Source of the DNA: a virus | Lineage: Duplodnaviria > Caudoviricetes | Reading direction: 5' to 3' (one strand) | Virus record (IMG/VR): IMGVR_UViG_3300034053_000021 | Coordinates: 203-64,202 of that record | DNA: 64,000 nucleotides | Shown: positions 34,006 to 44,600 of the stretch, piece by piece | Position numbering within the stretch: the first letter of the stretch is position 1 | Layout of the letters: every line of letters starts with the position of its first letter | Position numbers and translations under genes: made by a program | The notes under the pieces: generated by a model | Told to the model about the DNA's origin: nothing | The model's input: the letters and a program-made list of their open reading frames with translations, nothing else | The model's database searches: none

Positions 34006-35786
34006 CAATCACTGACATCCCCATCAAGCCGGGTTTCTACGCTGACGGCACCCCCCGCGACATCGGCAGGCTCGGGTATTGGAAGGACGGCGACAAGGTG
34101 CGGTTCTTCGCCGGGCAGCCGCAGAAGTTGGGGGGATGGACCCGAGGCGCGATGGACCCGCAGTTTGAGGGTGTAGCTCGCGGGAGTATCGACTGGCGGA
34201 CGACGCGCAGTGAGGTCTTACTGGCGATTGGTACGCACCTAAAACTCTATGTATGGTCCGGAGGGACGTACTACGACGTCACGCCGTTGAGAGATTCCGG
34301 GAACCTGACAGACCCATTCACGACGGTGGCGGGGTCAGATCTGGTGACAGTTGCGGATCTATCTCATGGGTTACTCGCAGGGGATCGGGTGCACTTTTCC
34401 GGGGCCTCAGCAGTAGGCGGGTTGACCATCGATGGTGAGTACGAAGTGACTTCGGTTACTAACTCGAACGAATACACGATTACCGCGGCATCGGCGGCAG
34501 GTTCGTCCGCTGGCCCCGGGGGCGGTGTTGTTGCCTACGAGTACGAAATTCACATCGGGCAGTCGGATTCGATCGCGGGGCTGGGCTGGGGCGCAGGTAC
34601 GTGGGGGTCAGGCACCTGGGGTACGCCGCGATCAGTTACTGATTTCCTCTCGCAAGCGCGCACGTGGCAGCTGGAGCAGTGGGGCGAAGACATCATCGCC
34701 AACCCGCGGCAAGGTGGGATTTACGTGTGGGACTCTTCCGTCGGCACGAGCTTTCGGGCGACGGTTATCAGTCAAGCGCCGATTACGGCGAAAGGTATTT
34801 TGGTATCCCCTGAGGACCGGCATTTGATCGCCCTTGGCGCGCACGATGGATCGAATGACGACCCGCTACTGATCCGCTGGTGCGATCAGGAAAACTACAC
34901 CGACTGGACGCCATCGCTGACGAACACCGCGGGCGACAAACGGCTGGATACTGGCAACGAGATTCTCTGCGCAGCCAAGGTTCGCGGCGAGCACCTGATC
35001 TTCACCGACTCTGCGCTGTTCTCGATGAACTTCGTCGGTCCGCCGGACACGTTCGCCTTCCGGACGTTGGGTGATAATGGAAATTTGTTGGGACCGCTGG
35101 CAGTGCATGTGTTCGAGGGGATTGCGTACTGGATCGGAGATCAGGACTTCTTCATGTACGATGGGGTGACACGGGTGCTGGACTGCACCGTGACCAAGCA
35201 TGTGTTCGATGACTTCAACAAGGTCCAGCGGGCTAAGGTTTATTGTGGCGTGAACCGGGATTTCCGGGAAGTCTGGTGGCTGTATCCGTCCGGGAGTTCC
35301 GACGAGTGCGATCGGTACGTCATCTACCACATCGAGGATAAGTTGTGGTCCTATGGGACGCTGGCTCGGACCATGTTGATCGGGGACTCGGACGTGTTCA
35401 ACTACTCGTACGGCACCGGCACGGACAACTACCTCTACACCCACGAGACCGGGTCGGATGACTACGACCAAGCGATGGATGCCTATGTCGTCAGCGGGGA
35501 TATTGAGCTGGCCCCATCGGGCGGGGACATAGCGCATCTCAGCAAATACATCCCGGATTTCAAAGCGCTGACCGGTTCTGTCGAAGTGACGTTCTCCGGC
35601 AAGAAGTACCCTCAGGCGACTGAGACGCAGGATAGCGGGCCGCACACAGTTACCGACACTACGCAGTTTGTGAATCCGCGGGTTCGCTGCCGGCAGATTT
35701 CGGTTCGTGTCGAGAGTGGTGATCTTGGGGATGATTGGTGCATGGGCACCCTGCGGGTGGATCTGATCCCGCACGGAGGCAGGTAA
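34002..35786 (+). CDS. P22 gp10-like tail/DNA stabilisation (nozzle) protein
   Basis: W.DGDKVRF..G.PQK.GGW; IRWCDQEN..DW.P..TNTAG; EVWW.YPS..S.E.DRYV. Confidence 0.85.
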   Translation: MTITDIPIKPGFYADGTPRDIGRLGYWKDGDKVRFFAGQPQKLGGWTRGAMDPQFEGVARGSIDWRTTRSEVLLAIGTHLKLYVWSGGTYYDVTPLRDSGNLTDPFTTVAGSDLVTVADLSHGLLAGDRVHFSGASAVGGLTIDGEYEVTSVTNSNEYTITAASAAGSSAGPGGGVVAYEYEIHIGQSDSIAGLGWGAGTWGSGTWGTPRSVTDFLSQARTWQLEQWGEDIIANPRQGGIYVWDSSVGTSFRATVISQAPITAKGILVSPEDRHLIALGAHDGSNDDPLLIRWCDQENYTDWTPSLTNTAGDKRLDTGNEILCAAKVRGEHLIFTDSALFSMNFVGPPDTFAFRTLGDNGNLLGPLAVHVFEGIAYWIGDQDFFMYDGVTRVLDCTVTKHVFDDFNKVQRAKVYCGVNRDFREVWWLYPSGSSDECDRYVIYHIEDKLWSYGTLARTMLIGDSDVFNYSYGTGTDNYLYTHETGSDDYDQAMDAYVVSGDIELAPSGGDIAHLSKYIPDFKALTGSVEVTFSGKKYPQATETQDSGPHTVTDTTQFVNPRVRCRQISVRVESGDLGDDWCMGTLRVDLIPHGGR

Positions 35787-36187
35787 TGATTCGTCTCGCA
35801 ACCCGACTGCCTGACTTTGCCGACACCTACGACGGGCGAAAACAGCGGGCGTTGATTCAGCAGCTGGAGCAGCTGTTCTTGAGGATCAAGGTCGACACGA
35901 CGCTGCCGGCGTACACGGTGGCTGGGGACTATACGATTGGCGTTGGTGACGATGTTGTCCTGATAGACACCTCTGCAGGGAACACCACGGCTACGTTGCC
36001 TGAAATCTCCGAGAGTATGGTGCAGGAAAAGTACGAAGTGGAGATCGTCAAGGCGACGGCGGAAAACGAACTGACCATCGTACCTCAAGGCACGGACACC
36101 ATCCTCGGGGATACTGACGTACTGGTGGAGGAGCAGTGGACCGCACTGCACCTGCGAGCGACAACCGGTAACTGGATACTTCTATGA
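35786..36187 (+). CDS. Tail-associated protein
   Basis: 133 aa; TAATG-coupled. Confidence 0.65.
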   Translation: MIRLATRLPDFADTYDGRKQRALIQQLEQLFLRIKVDTTLPAYTVAGDYTIGVGDDVVLIDTSAGNTTATLPEISESMVQEKYEVEIVKATAENELTIVPQGTDTILGDTDVLVEEQWTALHLRATTGNWILL

Positions 36188-37611
36188 CATATTTTGCCAA
36201 CCGGTTCAAGTTCGCGGACTCGACTCAGCTCGACGCTTTCGGGCGGTTGCGGGTGTCTGTGCCTAACACGTTGTTTGACGCCCAGCCGGAGTACGGGCTA
36301 GACCTATTGAGGGTGTGGGATGCTACGGCGAACGGCACGTTGCCGACGGTACTGTCTCCAGATGGGTATGTGGTCAGCGGAGACAACGCAGTAGGCCCTC
36401 GGAGCAGCAGCACCATGCTGACCCCGGTGACGGTGAGTACAACGAACGGGCACTACAGCATTCTGCAGTCGCGGCAGTACACCCGATACATCCCGGGCAA
36501 GAGCCATCGCATTTTGATTACCGGTAACTTCGCATCCGGAGCCAACGCGGAGATGGCGTTCGTACTTCGGTCGTCGTGCTCTGGGAGTGTCGATGACAGC
36601 GTTGTAGCGTCAGCGGATTGGAACGGTAAAGACGCGGATTGGCTGCGCACGAATTTTGACCCGACGATGATCCAGATTTTGTGGATCGATGCCCAGATGC
36701 TGTACGCCGGGCGTGTGCGGGTCGGGTTTGACATCTGCGGGATGGACTATGAGGCGCATGAGTTTGAGATCGCCAATGAGCAAATCCTGCCGACCATGCA
36801 GTCGTTCAATTTGCCTGTGCGCATTGAACATCGCAATACGGGCGCGGCGGAGAGTAAGGCGCGGGTTGGATACTTTGAGACCGGAAACGGGGTGTTCTTC
36901 CAGACAACGCGGGCGGTTGCCGGCGGCACGGTGAACTTCCTCTGCTGCTCCGTACAGTCGGAAGGTGGTGCGGAGTCCCGCGGGTTCCCGTTCTCTGCGT
37001 CAAACGGGGTTACGACAATCGGGGTTACAACCCGGCGCCCGATCTTGTCTATCCGCCCATCGCGGTACTACATGGGTCGCGACAACCGGGCGCATCTGGA
37101 GTTGCAGGATCTTGCGATTTCGGCGTCGTCGAACATGGCTCACTGGGAGTTGGTGATTGGTGGTACGCTGACAGGGGCATCGTGGTTGCGGGTAGGAACA
37201 GCTGTAACCGCAGGGGCGTTTGTTACCGGGGTGCGGTACGTCATCCTTACAGTGGGTACAACCGATTTCACCTTGATTGGCGCAGCTTCCAACACGGTGG
37301 GATTATCGTTTGTTGCATCTGGCGCTGGGGCAGGTACTGGCACAGCCACCCGCGAAGAGAGCGTTGCAGAATACGACGTGTCTGCTACAGCGATTTCTGG
37401 GGGTATTGCGGTAATACGAGGGGATGCTGCGAGCGGTACAGGCTCTAGCCGAAGCGTAACCTCTGGGGGAGTGGATTTCCGTAACCCGCTGACATTGTCT
37501 CTGATTGATGCGCTGACAGCTACCCAGACCAACGTCAGTCTTGTCTGTACGTCGTATTCGGCGACGTCGACGGTGTCTGGCACATTTAACTGGCACGAGC
37601 AATCGATCTAA
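36184..37611 (+). CDS. Tail/virion protein with lectin-like fold
   Basis: LDAFGRLRVS.P.TLFD; QSR.Y.RY.PGKS; GRVR.GF. Confidence 0.7.
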   Translation: MTYFANRFKFADSTQLDAFGRLRVSVPNTLFDAQPEYGLDLLRVWDATANGTLPTVLSPDGYVVSGDNAVGPRSSSTMLTPVTVSTTNGHYSILQSRQYTRYIPGKSHRILITGNFASGANAEMAFVLRSSCSGSVDDSVVASADWNGKDADWLRTNFDPTMIQILWIDAQMLYAGRVRVGFDICGMDYEAHEFEIANEQILPTMQSFNLPVRIEHRNTGAAESKARVGYFETGNGVFFQTTRAVAGGTVNFLCCSVQSEGGAESRGFPFSASNGVTTIGVTTRRPILSIRPSRYYMGRDNRAHLELQDLAISASSNMAHWELVIGGTLTGASWLRVGTAVTAGAFVTGVRYVILTVGTTDFTLIGAASNTVGLSFVASGAGAGTGTATREESVAEYDVSATAISGGIAVIRGDAASGTGSSRSVTSGGVDFRNPLTLSLIDALTATQTNVSLVCTSYSATSTVSGTFNWHEQSI

Positions 37612-37641
37612 TATATACTCAGGCGCGAAGGAGCGACGAGC

Positions 37642-38175
37642 ATGCCGTACATAAATTTACCTTGGGTCGGAACTGTGTGGATAGATCAGGGGGACGGCCC
37701 GGAGCCCGGCGCTGCTGCCGCTGACACGACTTTGTCTGCGCCTGCTGGGACCATTACCGCTGGGCCGATTGCGGCGGCTGCAGAAGAACCGCCTCCGGCA
37801 CCTACGCCTGCTCCTGATACTGCGCCTGCTGGGACCATTACCGCTGGGCCGATTGCAGCGGCTGCGGACACCCCTGCCCCTGCTCCTAGTGTACCGCGGG
37901 TGCCTACGCCCGCGGACTTCGCCAATGCCGGCAACCCTACATATGCCCCGCCTCCGACGCTGAAGGATTACTACGCCGGACAAGTTACGCTGCCGGCGCA
38001 ACCGCAGCAGCCGAAAAACGACCTCTTGGCGGAGCTACTCGCCCAGCACAAAGCTCAGTTTGATACGAATACTTCGAAGGCCGATCCTGTGGCTGCGCTG
38101 CGTTCGAGCGGGCAGACGGCGATGGACGAAGCCCGTCAGCGGTTGGAAGCACTGCGGGCAAGTCAGGGGTTCTGA
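37642..38175 (+). CDS. Pro/Ala-rich internal virion protein
   Basis: APAGTITAGPIAAAA occurs twice. Confidence 0.65.
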   Translation: MPYINLPWVGTVWIDQGDGPEPGAAAADTTLSAPAGTITAGPIAAAAEEPPPAPTPAPDTAPAGTITAGPIAAAADTPAPAPSVPRVPTPADFANAGNPTYAPPPTLKDYYAGQVTLPAQPQQPKNDLLAELLAQHKAQFDTNTSKADPVAALRSSGQTAMDEARQRLEALRASQGF

Positions 38176-38177
38176 CC

Positions 38178-39170
38178 ATGGCGGATACAGAATTCAAGAC
38201 TACCGGGTTGTCCCAAGCAGAGCTTGACCGGGTGCTGGGGGAGATGAACGTCCAACCTCACCTGAACGAGTACAAGACGTGGGCGCAGGAAAACTCTGGA
38301 TACGACGGCACCTCTGGTGCAACACTTACCCCGTGGTTGACCACAGTACAGAACCCTGACGGGACATATACCCGCTACGCCGTTTCTGGGAATGATTTGG
38401 TAGCGCAAGGAACCGGGTCGAGCCTCAGCGACTTGGACACTGGTTGGTCGGGGGTACTGAAGGAAGTCGCTCCCCCCATACTCGCGGCTGTTGGTGGGTA
38501 TTACGGCGCGCAGGCGCTTGGGGGCATGCTAGGAAGCGGCGGGGTAACCGGCGCGGCATCGGGCGCAGCGTCTGGAGGTATGACTCAGGCAGAGATGCTG
38601 GGGGCCATGAGCGATTTCGGCACCGGTGCGGTTGGGGAAGCGGCGGGTGCTGCAGGAACCACAGCAGCGGCTGCAGGGGGGAGTAGCGGCGTACCCTTCA
38701 TGAGCGACAAAGCTCTGGCGGATCTAGCGGCGATGGAGTCCGGAAAATACGGTGTGCCGTTGACAGATGTGGCGGGAGTTGCGGCCGGGGTAGACCCGAT
38801 GGCGACAACGGCGCTTACGAACGCAGGCTGGTCTGGGGAATTGCTCGGGTATACCCCGGCGCAGATTCAAGCGGCCATCGAGGGCAAGGCGAGCTGGAGC
38901 ACGGTAGGGCTAGGCTCTGGGCTAACCGGCGGGAAATCGATTACCGACTTGGTAGGGGATGCGAAAGGCGCGGTTAAGTCTGGTGGCGCGGGGGCAACAG
39001 GGGCCGGCGGGGGCAGCAGCATCACCAACGTCGTCTCGAAGGGCGACAACAATTCACTGCTCGCGGCCATGATGGCTCTGGCAGGCAAACAGCAATCGGC
39101 ACCGGATGCCGGAAGTATCTCTGCCGCGGCTAGGGAAGCAGACCGCGCTGCGTCTTTGGGAAGGAACTAA
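38178..39170 (+). CDS. Gly/Ala-rich ejection (pilot) protein-like
   Basis: Low complexity; position after the tail nozzle. Confidence 0.6.
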   Translation: MADTEFKTTGLSQAELDRVLGEMNVQPHLNEYKTWAQENSGYDGTSGATLTPWLTTVQNPDGTYTRYAVSGNDLVAQGTGSSLSDLDTGWSGVLKEVAPPILAAVGGYYGAQALGGMLGSGGVTGAASGAASGGMTQAEMLGAMSDFGTGAVGEAAGAAGTTAAAAGGSSGVPFMSDKALADLAAMESGKYGVPLTDVAGVAAGVDPMATTALTNAGWSGELLGYTPAQIQAAIEGKASWSTVGLGSGLTGGKSITDLVGDAKGAVKSGGAGATGAGGGSSITNVVSKGDNNSLLAAMMALAGKQQSAPDAGSISAAAREADRAASLGRN

Positions 39171-39171
39171 C

Positions 39172-40527
39172 ATGGCTATTCTGGAAGACCTGACTTCGCT
39201 GAAGGACTCGCTCTTTCCTGGTACTGACTGGAAAGACTTGCTGACCGGAGGAACTGGTGTCGCAACCTTGTTGGCAGCCTTGACCGGGCAGCCGCAAGAC
39301 CAGATTGCCAAGACGATCCAGGAGCAGGCGCAGTCGTCAGCGACGTCGAGCCAGACTTCTGGTACTTCAGATGTCACGTCGATGGGGCAGACGGCCCAGA
39401 ACCAGACAGGCACCACAACGCAGGCGACCTCGGGCAGCACGACGGGAACCTCTGCGCAGCAGCAGACTGGCACGACCCAGCAAGCGACAACCGGCACGAC
39501 CGCCGGTACATCGGCGCAGCAGCAGACCGGCACCACGCAGGAAAGCGGGGTAACAACCCAGACTGTTGGAGGCCCCGCGTGGTGGGAAGCCAAGCAGAAA
39601 GAGTTGGCAGATGATGCGGCGAGGTTGCCGGGGTACAAGGCATATTTCACTGGTAAAACTCCGGTTGTCGGGGCGTTTAGCGCACTGGAGGGGGAAGCTG
39701 TCGGTAGAGGGCGGGAGGCGGGTAAGTCGGTCCTTGATATGGGGATCGAGCGGTACATGAACCCGTATCTCGAAAACGTCCTCGATCCGATGATGCGGAG
39801 GCTGGGGGAAGATCAAGCACTTGAGCAGCAGCAGTTAGCGGCGCAGAGGGTTTCGCGAGGGGCGTTCGGGTCAGGACGTGCTGATATTCTGGCCAACCAG
39901 CAGCGCGAGCGGCAGACTTTGGAAGAACAAGATGTGCTGGCGAAAGGTTACCAGCAGGCGTTCAACAGCGCGACAGGGCTTGCCGAAGGCGATGCCGAGC
40001 GCATGCGCCAAGCGGCGTCGTTCCTCGCCTCAATGGGGGGCACCCAGCGCGGAATCGAGGACACCCGTATCAACCGGCTGTATGACGAGTACCAGAAACT
40101 GCAGAACGACCCGCGTGAGTTGGCGAAGCTAGAAGCAGGGATTGTCGGTGGACTGAAGCCCGCGCAGACGACCGCAGGTACGACCAGCACACTGGGCACG
40201 ACCGCGCAGAACACTTTGGGCAGCACGACGGGAACCTCGGCGCAGAACACCCTTGGGTCGACAGCTACAAACACGACGGGCCAGACGACAGGGACTACGC
40301 AACAGGCGACGACCGGTACGACGGACATGAATACGACTGGCACGACGCTGAATCAGTCACTGGGTACGACGACCGGGCAGCAGTCGGGAACGTCGACTGG
40401 TACGACCGCAGGCACAGTAACCGGGGTACAATCCGGCACCGACTTGACCGACGCACAGAAGCTCGCCGCAGGGATGGCGGGGTTGACCACAGCGCTGTAT
40501 CCGACGCAACCTGTGCGGACGCCGTAA
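39172..40527 (+). CDS. Thr/Gln-rich ejection protein-like
   Basis: TTGT/QQTG repeats; YMNPY..VL..; GAFG..R motif. Confidence 0.65.
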   Translation: MAILEDLTSLKDSLFPGTDWKDLLTGGTGVATLLAALTGQPQDQIAKTIQEQAQSSATSSQTSGTSDVTSMGQTAQNQTGTTTQATSGSTTGTSAQQQTGTTQQATTGTTAGTSAQQQTGTTQESGVTTQTVGGPAWWEAKQKELADDAARLPGYKAYFTGKTPVVGAFSALEGEAVGRGREAGKSVLDMGIERYMNPYLENVLDPMMRRLGEDQALEQQQLAAQRVSRGAFGSGRADILANQQRERQTLEEQDVLAKGYQQAFNSATGLAEGDAERMRQAASFLASMGGTQRGIEDTRINRLYDEYQKLQNDPRELAKLEAGIVGGLKPAQTTAGTTSTLGTTAQNTLGSTTGTSAQNTLGSTATNTTGQTTGTTQQATTGTTDMNTTGTTLNQSLGTTTGQQSGTSTGTTAGTVTGVQSGTDLTDAQKLAAGMAGLTTALYPTQPVRTP

Positions 40528-40537
40528 GGAGATTGAG

Positions 40538-41689
40538 ATGGCTGAAATTGACTGGTCGGGATACGGGGGGGAAGGGGTTGTTGAGGGGGGGTATAGCAAC
40601 CCAAATAACCTGTTTGTGCATACCCCTGAGTCTGTAGCACAGCTCGTTGTGGCAAAGGCGGCGCCGCCTGCAGAATCCGTAGTCGCGCAAATCCCCCAAG
40701 GTGTCATCCCCCCGATCGCGCTTGCTATGCGAGGCGGCGGTGCGGGGGTGCGTGCCCCTGAGTATTACGAGTACGATCCCGCGGCGGAGCAGATGATGCT
40801 GCGCAATGCTCGGGACACACAGTCGAACCAACTGATACGGGCCCTTGAAGCGCGGTCGGCGCCGGAGACGTTGCGGCAGGCGGCGCAAGCCCAAGAATTC
40901 CTCGACAAGAATCCGCGCAAACAGGTGGATTGGGGTGTTGAGTCCGGCAACTGGACACCGGGCGTCATGGCGGCGGTGCAGGGGGTCATCGAAGGTTGGA
41001 AGCAAGGTGGCTCGCCAGCTCGGGGGTTGCTCTACGCCCCCGGCGCGGTCAAAGCAGCGGTCGATGCCGAGCAGGGCAAGCTGGATAAGGAAGGCAAGGA
41101 CAAGTGGGAGAAATTCTCGCAAATCCTTGGGCTTGAACGAGGCGATGTGGAGTCGCGCAACGCCGCCAACGCTTTTGCAAATCAAGCCCTGCTGGAGAAA
41201 GCCAAAGCCGAAGGGCTGGTATCCGAGGCCGATGCGGAGATCGCTCGCACGGGCATGACGCTGGGCCAAGGCAACGCGGCACAGAAGAACCAGTTCGCCC
41301 AGCGGATTTTTGGGGAGCAGTCTGCGAACTCGCGAGCGAATGCTGCCACAGGTATGACACAGGCCAAGCTCGCTCGGCACCAGCAGTTGCAGGACATGTT
41401 ACTGCAAGAAGAAGCCGGCAAGATCCGACTGAGCCCTCTGCAGAAAGCGATGGCTATGTCCGAGCTTGGGATGAGTACGAAGCCTGAAAGTTTGCCGCCG
41501 GCAGTAGTAACGCAGATTATGGAGAGTTTGCCGAGGCGGATGCAGGAGCAAGCAAACCTACCTGCCGCGGCACAAAAATCAGCGGCAACGCTTGCAGCGG
41601 ACGAAGCCGCGCTTGCCCGGATGATTCAGAGAGGTGGTGCCCCTACAGCAGCGGTTCCTGCGCTGACTAAATCCCCTTTCGCTAAGTAG
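40538..41689 (+). CDS. Internal virion protein
   Basis: 383 aa, helical, GGAG SD. Confidence 0.65.
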   Translation: MAEIDWSGYGGEGVVEGGYSNPNNLFVHTPESVAQLVVAKAAPPAESVVAQIPQGVIPPIALAMRGGGAGVRAPEYYEYDPAAEQMMLRNARDTQSNQLIRALEARSAPETLRQAAQAQEFLDKNPRKQVDWGVESGNWTPGVMAAVQGVIEGWKQGGSPARGLLYAPGAVKAAVDAEQGKLDKEGKDKWEKFSQILGLERGDVESRNAANAFANQALLEKAKAEGLVSEADAEIARTGMTLGQGNAAQKNQFAQRIFGEQSANSRANAATGMTQAKLARHQQLQDMLLQEEAGKIRLSPLQKAMAMSELGMSTKPESLPPAVVTQIMESLPRRMQEQANLPAAAQKSAATLAADEAALARMIQRGGAPTAAVPALTKSPFAK

Positions 41690-41697
41690 GTATCCTA

Positions 41698-44600
41698 ATG
41701 CCGTCTATCCAAGATGTTCGTAAGCAGTACCCCCAAGATACCGCCGGACTGACGGATTATGGTATTGCCGAGAAATTCGCTTCTGCCAACTCGGTGCCTG
41801 TTTGGAAGGCTGCGGAAGAGCTTGGTGTTGAGATCCCTCGCGTCGAGACAGGGCTGTTCGACAGCCTGCAGCGCGGACTGGGTATCGGTCTGACCGGGGT
41901 TGGGTCGATCGCACGAGATGTACCAATATCCGCAATCCAAGATGCCGCGGGCTGGGTCGAACGCCAAGGGCGTGGGGTCATCGAGCGCAACCCAGCCCAG
42001 TACAACACCACGGAAGACATCATGGCGTCGCCGATCTCGGCGTTTGCCGAGAAGGCTGCTGAAGGCGTTGGTCAGTTCCTCCCCGCGCTCGCCGCGACGG
42101 CGGTGACCAAGAATCCCTACACGCTTGGCGCGATCATGGCGGCGAACTCCGCTGCAGGCAACGTAGGCGAAACCCGGTCGCGGCAGCGCGAGTTGGGGCA
42201 AGACTCGTCGGAAGATATCTTGAGAGCGTGGGCGTACGGTGTACCCCAAGTGGCCCTCGATGTGGCGCTGGGTCCGGAGTCGCTGCTGCTCAAAGGTCTC
42301 GCCGGAGGTGCCGGGCGCGGGCTGACCGAGGCAGCTGCACGGGAAGTTGCCGAGCGGGGCGTACTGGCGACGATGGGTCGCGGGGCGCTCTACGGTGCGC
42401 AAGAAGCTCCGCAAGAAGTCGCGCAGTCGGTGTTGGGGCGGATGGCGACGAAGGAAGCCTTGACCGGGGCAGACGCCACGGAAGAATATGCGATGAGCGC
42501 CTTTGGCGGGCTTGCCGGAGGCATGACGATGGGTGCAGGTATTGCGCCTGTGCAACGCGCTGGAGCATCCAAGTTCGTCGACCAGATCGATGCTGCACGA
42601 CAGACGCTTACGACCGGAGTACCTCAGACTTACGAAGAGGCCCAGCAGTGGCTGGCACAGCGGGAGCAGGCAACTGACTTCCTCCGGAATGTCACGGAAA
42701 ACGACTTCGGGCTTCACCAAGCGGAAGCGTTTGCTGCACAGCAGGTAGGGCAACAGCGCACTATCCTCGACGAAGCCGCCAGCCAACGACAGAAGGAAGT
42801 CGACGCACGCATCGCCGATCAGCGGGAGACGCAAGAAATCGAGGCCATGTACGAGGCCGACACGCAGCGGCAAGAGCAGTTGGCGATGATGCCAAAGGCC
42901 CTTAGTGAGTTGGCGAAGCAGCGCGAAGGCACTATCCCATACACCCCGGCATCGCTGGCAGATATTCCTGAGCCGAATTTGTCTCTCGGTGTGTCTAAGC
43001 TGCGCTCGCGGCTTCCTGTAACTCCCGAAACCGCGGAACTGCCGGCGATCGAATTCGCGTCTGTCACGCCTCCGGCGCCAGCTGAGGTTGCGTCTACCCA
43101 GATGTCGTTGCCGGGGATGCCATATGGCGGGGTACTAGAAGCTCCGACCCCTGTGTTTGCCGAAGCGGATCGATTTCGTGCGGCGTTGGCTCAGCTACAG
43201 CTGTCCGGCATGCCTCAACCAGAGGTACAAGCGGTTACACGGGACTTGCAGAAAGTGTCGGGATTCCAACCGGAAATCGGGTTTGGAACGCAGCCGTCGT
43301 TATCACAGTTGGAGCTACTGACCAAGCCAGCGAAACCCACGACCGTGGCCAAGCCGATGCCAGAAGTTGCCGCTGCCAGCCGCAAGCCGTCGCGAGCGGC
43401 AGCCGCCAAGATCGCTGTAAGCGAGGCTCTGGCCCGCCAGAAGATCACCCCCGAGCAGGCACAGGATTTCATCAACGAGATCGACGCCTCCGACGGCAAG
43501 AACGCCCCTGCGGTGTTGGAGACCCTCAATGGCCTATCACGACCCCCTGCCGCCGCTGCTGAGCAACGCACTGAAGGCCAAAATCCTGACGCTGGAGCAA
43601 GCGTGGGAACTGCAAGCGTTGGAGGAGTGCAGCCTGCAACTGATGGACAACCTGGAACCGCCGGAGGAGTTGTACCTAGCGATCAACAACCTAACCCTGT
43701 GGCTGCTGCGGCTGCCACGCCAGTAAAGGAGAACCAAGATGGCCTGCAAAAACCACAAGGGCAAGCGCCCGCCCAAAAAGTAAAGGAGCCTCGTCGTGAT
43801 CGCAAGACCAAAAATCCCCAAGCAACTCAAGCCCCTCAACGCCCCCAAGGCGCCGAAACCGCTGAAGCCCCTGCGGCCGTCCAAGCCGGCGAAGAAGCCG
43901 AAGTATTGACCGGAGGAACTCCCGATGCCGTTCAAGAGCAAAGCGCAAGTGAAGGCGTGTCACGCCGCCAAGAACCCGAAGTGGGACTGCAAGAAGTGGG
44001 CGAAGGAAACGCCGTCGATGAAGTCCCTGCCGAAGAAGGTCAAGCCGAAGAAAAAGTAAGGATGGCGTACCCGGATAACACCGGGTACCCGCCGGAAGCC
44101 GCAGCGTATCGTAATTCGGTAGTCGACGCCATGAACGGGGATATTTCCCGTGCAGAACTGAAGGTCAAGGCCGTCGAATCTGGGCTACCCGAAGGTCAGC
44201 TGCGGGCGTTCACAAGCAGGTTCGATGGTGGATTCACCAATACGGAACACAAGGAGATTGAAGATGCCCGTAAAGCCGCAGAAACCCCGGTGCCCGCACT
44301 GCCGCAAGAAGCACTCACCAAGCGGGAAGTGCCCGATGAAGTAGCCGACCTTGATACTTCGGAACAGGATCTGAAGGGCGAACTTACAGCGTTGCTCGAC
44401 CCGAAGTACGGGGTCAGGACGACGGCAAAAGCAACACGTACCCGTCTGCAGACATTAGTCGACGACTTTGACCAACCAGACAACAGATCAACGCCGGAAG
44501 ACCGTGTGGCGTACCAAGGCTACGTGCGCAGGGAGATGGACAAACTTGTAGGTCGGGAGGGTATCGACTACTCCAAGACCGTCCCCAACACCGCGGAAGA

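Noticed and set aside
29815-37611. Diversity-generating retroelement acting on tail genes
   Set aside because: No reverse transcriptase, and no TR/VR pair differing at adenines was seen.
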